In this document: piece by piece, positions 58,351 through 64,000 of the stretch | Layout: every line of letters starts with the position of its first letter | Position numbering within the stretch: the first letter of the stretch is position 1 | Assembly (NCBI GenBank): GCA_024704765.1 | Contig: JAKMXF010000330.1 | Span: forward strand, 124,001 to 188,000 | DNA length: 64,000 bases | Direction: 5' to 3' | DNA from: Oopsacas minuta | Lineage: Eukaryota; Animalia; Porifera | Position numbers and translations under genes: made by a program | Notes under the pieces: model-generated | The model's database searches: none | The model's input: only the letters and a program-made list of their open reading frames with translations | What the model was told of the DNA's origin: nothing

Positions 58351-60399
58351 TCAGAAGTGTGTTTTCTTGCTTGCTTTAGTAAATTTTCTATACACATTGA
58401 GGACAGGATCACTATTACACATCAGTCGTATAAAGATATCTCGAGTATTCAGAGAAAACGACATTTTTCGGGCAAGGTGTTCGCGATACCTTCAAACGAG
58501 TTTGTTTGAAACTTCAACTGCTTCTTCAGAGAAGACTTTAAGTCCATGGCTATTGTTACAAGTTCTAATGAGTTCTGAAGAATGGGCTAGCAATTTATGC
58601 AAGGTTGGACTGATGTTTGCCCAAGGGAACCTGATTACAATGTATTCGTATGTGTCCTTGCAAAGAATATCCAGTCTTTCAGTGTTTATCTCTCGGTCGC
58701 TGTTGTGAATACGCAAACATACTGAAAGGTTAGTGTGGATGACCTTTATATTTTCATGGTATTCTGTTGGTATCAAGGAACAAACCCAGTAAAGAAATTG
58801 GTTTTTGTCCAAGAAACAATTTCGAGCAACTTTGCCAGTTGATGTAGTGCCACCATCACTGCTGGGTTGATCAATCTTCATACCAGTCTTTTCCATCAAT
58901 AAGCCTGAAACAAACTTCATTGAGTTTTTTATACCTAAGGATGATGGTGACCACTTCCTTGCACCTGATTGCAGATGATAAACGAGGGTCATAAACTATC
59001 TGAAGATGCACAAATATGAATGTAATGGAGAAGAGCAAATTATATCGATGTCGGAAATAGGTTGGTGAGTCAATCCAAGACGGTCATTGGAACTTAGAGA
59101 TAGAAATTCTACTTCATTCACACTTTGAAACAGTTCTTTAGCCGATGTTATTGAACGATTAATAGGAAAACCATCTCGTATAAGTTCGACATCATGCAGT
59201 TGTTTGAAAGTCGCAGTACAGAGTTGGCAGTGAGCACCACCGGCTCCAGATAGAATTCCTGCCATTTTTCCATCGAACATGGTCCTGGGCAGTTTTATCC
59301 TCACAAGTCCTTGCGAGAGTGGTATCCCATTTTCTTCCATGTCTGCTACGTAAGGATTGATATAAGTATCCATTAGATGACGTACATTTTCGCTATTTTC
59401 TTTGGCAGCTAGTAAAGTGACTGGGCGAATCTGAAATTGTGAGTTGGGCCTTTCGTTTTCCCAATTAAGTTTGTTTGCCCTGTCGTGAATAGCGAGAGGT
59501 TTGAAAGCAAAGAGAATGAAATTTTTGGAACCAATATCTGGTGACTCTTGAATCTGATTATAAACTTGATGGGATCCAGATCCATCCAAGCCATCTGCTG
59601 CAGAAAATGTCAACGGGAATTCAAATTCAGAATCTGTGGGAAGTGATTCGAGTAGGCGGGAAATTGTCTGTTTGATGATAGAGATGTAAGATATCCCTAC
59701 TCCCATAGGTGCATCAGACACATTGCGGATAAAAATGAATTCCTTCTCCAGAGTAATATCTGCTCGATACTGGGAAATTAGCTCATACTTAGGGAATAGT
59801 ACATTGTCTGACTTACAAAGTCTCCTCAATTCAATGTACTTTCGCTTACCTATTTCCAGTTGCCCTAGGAGGAACGTAGACTTAGCGATTGAGATGTGTG
59901 TCTTTATATTGCCTTGAAATGTGCCTTTGCTGACTATTTCCAGACAGAAGGAACTGGTGGAGTAATCTCCTGAAGAAGATGAGACAAATTGCAGAGCCAT
60001 GGCTGCCATCGTTTTGCTATCCACGTTCTCACTAGCTGCTAAGCTTTTAATCAGGGCTAAAAGAGGTTCCAGACGTACCCTTTGTCCTTTAATCGTTAAT
60101 TCTAGGAGTGGTTTCCTGATAGCCTTTGCATGAACATGATTAGGAGTACAAATATCACCTTCAGACGATAACCGCCTCTTCTCTGCCAATGTTGAATTGT
60201 CAAAGAATATCATATCATCCCATGTATTTAGGTCGTTTCTTTTACGAAATATCTCTCTATCACCCTTCAACTCAACGAATTTGTATCGGATACAACTATA
60301 ATATTTATCATCAAGTTGCTGACTATCCATAAATACGATTGTTGCATCTCTGACAGATTTACGTGAGGATAGAAAGTCAAAAGCTTCCTTGTTATTCAT
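58351..60399 (-). pseudogene. Transib/RAG1-like transposase, 682 codons in one frame with two nonsense codons (58996-58998 TAG, 58492-58494 TGA)
   Basis: The two ORF-track pieces are in the same frame and reading continues to the TGA at 58351. Motifs: DGLDGSG (RAG1 D600 position), PNSQFQIRP, MFDGK (D708), HCQLC (ZnC2), SPLH, TSTGKVAR, HKLLAH (ZnH2), SEEAVEVSNK (E962), then RYREHLARK...SDP. Confidence 0.92.
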
Positions 60400-60949
60400 A
60401 ATGCTAATATTTCATAGGGAAATTTTACATTAAAGTTACACCCATTCAAATGAATGCTTGATACTTTGGGCGCCCTCCGGCGGGTCTAAACTATTATATT
60501 TTTTGAATTTATTATTACAACCTACATTTTAAGACCAGTGAGAGTTCACGCAACGAAACGCCACAACAAGTTTCAGCATAAAATATCCTGTGGACGCCGA
60601 AAAAAAATGTCCTAAATAGTCATCGCGTTTTATCTAGTTTTAGAATAGAAAGTTAGAAACCAAACGACATTTCAAGATGTAAATTAGATACTTGAAATAT
60701 AAATGTTTCATTATTGTAAAGGAATTCTTTCTTCTTAGTTACAAGTGCTAAAAATATAACTATGAAACTTGATCGATTTTGATATACCACACAACAGAAA
60801 TTCCAATTACAAGAAGCCGCAAATATTCATCACCATAACAACCAATTTACTTGTTGAATCAGAATGTAATTACTAATTTCTAGGTTTGAAACGATTGTGA
60901 ATTCAATGATAAAAAGGAAATACAATTCTGAGGGGATAAAAATTTCATG

Positions 60950-60975
60950 CTATTTCCAGCAAAAAGCCCACTGTG
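60950..60975 (-). repeat. 5' TIR of the Transib: heptamer, 10-nt spacer, TGGAAATAG
   Basis: The reverse complement reads CACAGTG GGCTTTTTGC TGGAAATAG. Confidence 0.9.
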
Positions 60976-61375
60976 AGGGGTATCTAGCATTCCTCTTGGG
61001 GGTTACTGTGGGGATGCAGCCATGCAGGATGTGCCAGTACCGGTAGGGTGGCTGGCAAGCCCAATAATACAACTTGCTACCATCCCTATTGATCCTCAGT
61101 AATCCAGGGTTCGCTACTGGGGCTGCAGACAATTGCCCTGGGGTTGCCAGAGACCCCTAGCTACCCCTAATCCCCTATGTCACTGATATACGTAACGAGA
61201 TTCTAATATCAGGAATATACTAAATTAACTTCATATCAATAACATATTAATATCATAAATAAATTTGTGTAGAATCTTTTGAAGTGACAAGTATAACAAT
61301 AATAAAGTGATGAATGAATTCTCCAAATATACAATACTAATCTGCATGAAATATACTCTATAATCTGTACTATCA

Positions 61376-61996
61376 TTATGAACTAACACCCTTCAGACCC
61401 CTAAGAGAGAAGCTCTTAGGCAAACTAGGCATTAGTTTCTGAGGCAGACTAGATATCTCAGTGTTCTTGATATTCTTAGCAGCAGTAGCAGCTCGGTTAG
61501 GGGCAGAGGAGAGAGTATCCTTCACGAGAGAGGTGGTAGTACTCTCAGATTTCCTTACTTTAGTCTGCTCATCTAGCTCAGCCATTACATCTGCTTGATT
61601 TGTTTCTAACACTAGTCCACCCATTATAAGCTCATTAAGTACGAAATGTACTTTATCCATATGGAAGATAAAGTCTAGCTCACACACACTCTCAAAACAC
61701 TTATCCAATGTCTCTACCAGTACCTGTATCATATCCAGGATACCTAGCTCACTCTCTGACGAGTCTGCACAAACTACAAAGTATAGAGTAGCGTATTGTC
61801 TGTATATGAGCTTTATCTCTTCATCTGATATAATAGGACCTCCCTCTAGGAAGTTACAGAGAGACTCATCTCTCCTAGATACCAAATGGAATACCTCTCT
61901 GATTATGTGTTGCTGTCGATCTACTGGGTAGTGTCCGTAGAATTTTATGAGCCGGGCTTTACCGAAGTTATTGAATACGATAATAGCTTTAATCAT
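61376..61996 (-). CDS. AP3S: AP-3 complex subunit sigma
   Basis: MIKAIIVFNNFGKARLIKFY...CNFLEGG...YRQYATLYF...ESELGILDMIQVLVETLDKCFESVCELDFIFH. Confidence 0.92.
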   Translation of the reverse strand: MIKAIIVFNNFGKARLIKFYGHYPVDRQQHIIREVFHLVSRRDESLCNFLEGGPIISDEEIKLIYRQYATLYFVVCADSSESELGILDMIQVLVETLDKCFESVCELDFIFHMDKVHFVLNELIMGGLVLETNQADVMAELDEQTKVRKSESTTTSLVKDTLSSAPNRAATAAKNIKNTEISSLPQKLMPSLPKSFSLRGLKGVSS

Positions 61997-62064
61997 CTAA
62001 TAGGAGTATAGCTAGTCAGTAAAGTATAATAGATTATTTTAATTAAATAATAAGATAGAATTAA

Positions 62065-62898
62065 TCAGAAGTATGTCTGTACACTGCTGTCTATTAATCC
62101 TAGTTCACGTCCTAACAGACCATCATAGGTCTGAGTACCAAAGTCGAACAAATTGTCTGAATGTGTATGGGGGAAGAGGGACCACTCAGGGGACCAGCAC
62201 TCGTGAGAGAGGAGTGTCTGTACCTCAGCATGCTCAGTAGAGGGTGAGTGAGTTAGCATGAGGTTAGTCTGTACTGACTCAGTCTGTGATACAGTAACTA
62301 ATGTCTGGGTTTGTGTATCAGCCTGTAAGAGAGGGGAAGGCGGTATATAAGGAGGGTAGATAGTTGTGTAAGGAACTGAGTATGGAGGATAATGATCCTC
62401 AACAGTCTGTGTAGAAGCTTCATTATAATACTTCTTCATTTTAATGGTACGTATCTTCTTGATACCATCCTTATTAGTATTTAATAAACTGATTAACGGA
62501 TTGGAAATAACAATTTTCCTTTCTTCTCCAATTTTAAGAACAGATTCCTTTTTCCGGTCTCTCTTCTTCTTATAATAAACTTCAGGTTGTATCCATCTGG
62601 ATTCCATCAGCTGTTCCTTAGCTGACTTAGTGATGTGTCTACTACGTCTGCAGTGTAGCTCAAGAGCTTGAGAAGAAGGAAAAGTTTTGTTACACTGACA
62701 ACATTTGAACTTAAATCCACACTCTATCTTATGAGCTACACAGCGGTAACGTAATCCGAAGGATCGAGTACACTTATCACAGCTGTAAGGTTTGTTAGAG
62801 TGTAGACTATGTATGTGTTGTTGTAGGTTGTTCTTACTGCTGAAGGGGTGTCTGTGTCTGGAACAGGTCTCTACAGGACACACAAGTGTATCTCTCAT
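62065..62898 (-). CDS. ATMIN: ATMIN/ASCIZ-like zinc-finger protein with TQT (LC8-binding) motifs, compact form
   Basis: CPVETCSRHRHPFSS..LQQH...H, YSCDKCTRSFG..H..ECGFKFKC fingers in ATMIN spacing, then ASTQT, DTQTQT, SVQT, EVQT, FGTQT, SSVQT. Confidence 0.75.
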   Translation of the reverse strand: MRDTLVCPVETCSRHRHPFSSKNNLQQHIHSLHSNKPYSCDKCTRSFGLRYRCVAHKIECGFKFKCCQCNKTFPSSQALELHCRRSRHITKSAKEQLMESRWIQPEVYYKKKRDRKKESVLKIGEERKIVISNPLISLLNTNKDGIKKIRTIKMKKYYNEASTQTVEDHYPPYSVPYTTIYPPYIPPSPLLQADTQTQTLVTVSQTESVQTNLMLTHSPSTEHAEVQTLLSHECWSPEWSLFPHTHSDNLFDFGTQTYDGLLGRELGLIDSSVQTYF

Positions 62899-62958
62899 CA
62901 CAGAGCAAATCTATATTATTAAATCTCTATTGCAATTTATGTGTTGTTTTTATGAATA

Positions 62959-63142
62959 CAGTGGAGTCTCCCAAACGGACACTCCGAAAGCGGACAACAT
63001 CTCAACAGCGGACAAGCTCGTGGAACCAAATAAGTTAATAATACATGCAAAAAATACTTAATCAATCTCTGAGAAGCGGAGATCTCACCTACAAAGGACA
63101 AAATCTAATCCCAAACGTGTCTGTTATTGGGAGACTCCACCG
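62959..63142. mobile_element. Tc1/mariner (pogo-type) MITE, 184 bp
   Basis: TIR C[A/G]GTGGAGTCTCCCAA (15/16 match) flanked by TA at 62957-62958 and 63143-63144. Confidence 0.8.
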
Positions 63143-63354
63143 TATACTAAACATGAATTACTTGAATGAAGCACCCATAGAACCGCCAATTGGGAGAATT
63201 AAGTATACTTCGAGGCTCAAAGCGCCGAGTTCATCGCGAAGAAGCGAAGAGCCAAATTCCGAAGGCTCTTACATAGAACAAAGGTAAGAAACTACATATA
63301 ACAGATGTATTAGTATATTATATCCCATTCAAACTAATACTCATAATGCATTTC

Positions 63355-63999
63355 TCAACTAGATTTGCTAACAATAAGAGCAGCTGATGGCACTAGACCT
63401 AACTCTTTAAGTGTCTTCTTATAATCTTCCAATGCATATACTTTTCTAGGAAATGTTGTGCCTAGTTCAAATTCTAGCAAGCCTGTCTCTGCTACGAGAA
63501 AGAGTCTTACATCATGTAAGAGCTGATCAGGCTTGAAGCTAGTAGGCATAGACTTACCATCAAGTAGTCTGAGATTAAGTTTACACTCTGTGTACTCCTT
63601 CTTTTCTCTGGGAGCTTCTGCCTCTACAGGCTTTTCAACAGCTGTTATCTTCCTTGCAGTAGATGCTGCTTTTTGATCAGCTCTATCTTTTGCTATTTCT
63701 TCTTTAATCCTCTTCTTAGCTTCCGCCTGTTCCTTCTTCTCTCTTCGTCTCTCTGTTGCTATCAACATAGCTTCTTGTTTCTCTCTCTCGTGTTTTGCCA
63801 TTGCAACCTGCTTACCCATTTCTCTGCGTCTTAACTCGTCATCTCTGTGTCTAGCTTTCTCTTCCTCTTCTCGTTGAATACGCTTAGCTTTTCTTATTTC
63901 TTCAAGTTTAGCCAGCTGTTGCTCCCGTTCTTCCTGAGTAAGAGGTTTAACTGATTCAGCACTCTCCGAGAAGCTAGAGTGTCCTGTCCGTGCAGCATG
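63355..63999 (-). CDS. UBXN1: UBX domain protein 1 (SAKS1), 3' part; 5' end is outside the window
   Basis: The frame is open to the window edge: HAARTGHSSFSESAESVKPLTQEER, coiled coil, UBX domain ECKLNLRLLDG...TTFPRKVY...LKELGLVPSAALIV. Confidence 0.85.
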   Translation of the reverse strand, partial: HAARTGHSSFSESAESVKPLTQEEREQQLAKLEEIRKAKRIQREEEEKARHRDDELRRREMGKQVAMAKHEREKQEAMLIATERRREKKEQAEAKKRIKEEIAKDRADQKAASTARKITAVEKPVEAEAPREKKEYTECKLNLRLLDGKSMPTSFKPDQLLHDVRLFLVAETGLLEFELGTTFPRKVYALEDYKKTLKELGLVPSAALIVSKSS

Positions 64000-64000
64000 T

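Larger units (their letters stand above)
58000..60975 (-). mobile_element. Full-length Transib / RAG1-like DNA transposon, 2976 bp
   Basis: Termini CACAGTG (58000-58006) and CACTGTG (60969-60975); perfect 5-bp TSD AGGGG at 57995-57999 and 60976-60980; internal RAG1-core-like transposase. Confidence 0.95.
57809..61185. mobile_element. Possible older hAT-type MITE (about 400 bp) interrupted by the Transib insertion
   Basis: The right end reads CAGTGACATAGGGG (reverse complement, ending at 61185) and the left end CACAGATGTAAGGG (57809), a 9/14 match. Flanking 8-mers AATTACGT / ATATACGT match 6/8, and both remaining halves are G/C-run rich. Confidence 0.35.

Noticed and set aside
58007-60968. 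A RAG2-like partner gene inside the Transib
   Set aside because: The non-transposase space is only 351 and 576 bp, and the antisense short ORFs are shadows of the transposase.
196-63287. The many 60-130 aa ORFs in the track that overlap or oppose real genes (e.g. 2992..3288, 23052..23348, 24542..24907, 53280..53582)
   Set aside because: They are antisense or alternate-frame shadows with no domains; the repeated pair exists only because the Eph DNA is duplicated.
5386-64000. Apparent clustering of ubiquitin and DNA-damage genes (BABAM1, DDI, RNFT, ATMIN, UBXN1)
   Set aside because: They are interspersed with unrelated genes and belong to a large functional class, so chance is sufficient.
1-64000. 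tRNA, rRNA genes and CRISPR arrays
   Set aside because: None recognised by eye; the window is eukaryotic and shows no repeat-spacer arrays.

Overview
AT-rich, compact, intron-poor eukaryotic (animal) DNA. The gene style (mostly single-exon genes, Eph-like receptor expansion, beta-helix multi-TM family) suggests a sponge, possibly a glass sponge; this is inference only. I support 20 host genes, 18 of them on the minus strand: two Eph-like receptors plus a kinase-less Eph duplicate, BABAM1, DDI1/2, CFAP97D2, TUBD1 (with an antisense gene nested in intron 2), RNFT, a MATE transporter, an F-BAR-C1-RhoGAP, TFB1M, a 14-EC cadherin, a BET protein, PLK1 (with KIF23 nested on the same strand in its intron), a class II (plant PRS4-type) PRPP synthase, AP3S, ATMIN and UBXN1. 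Several MITEs with readable TIRs and TSDs and a piggyBac remnant are present. The standout is a complete 2,976-bp Transib/RAG1-like transposon (58000-60975). It has a perfect 5-bp TSD and exact V(D)J heptamer CACAGTG ends. A shared 9-bp distal box sits 10 nt from the heptamer at one end and 20 nt at the other, reminiscent of 12/23 RSS asymmetry. Its transposase has a RAG1 nonamer-binding-domain-like helix and is broken only by two nonsense codons. All alignments and splice models were done by eye, without database searches.
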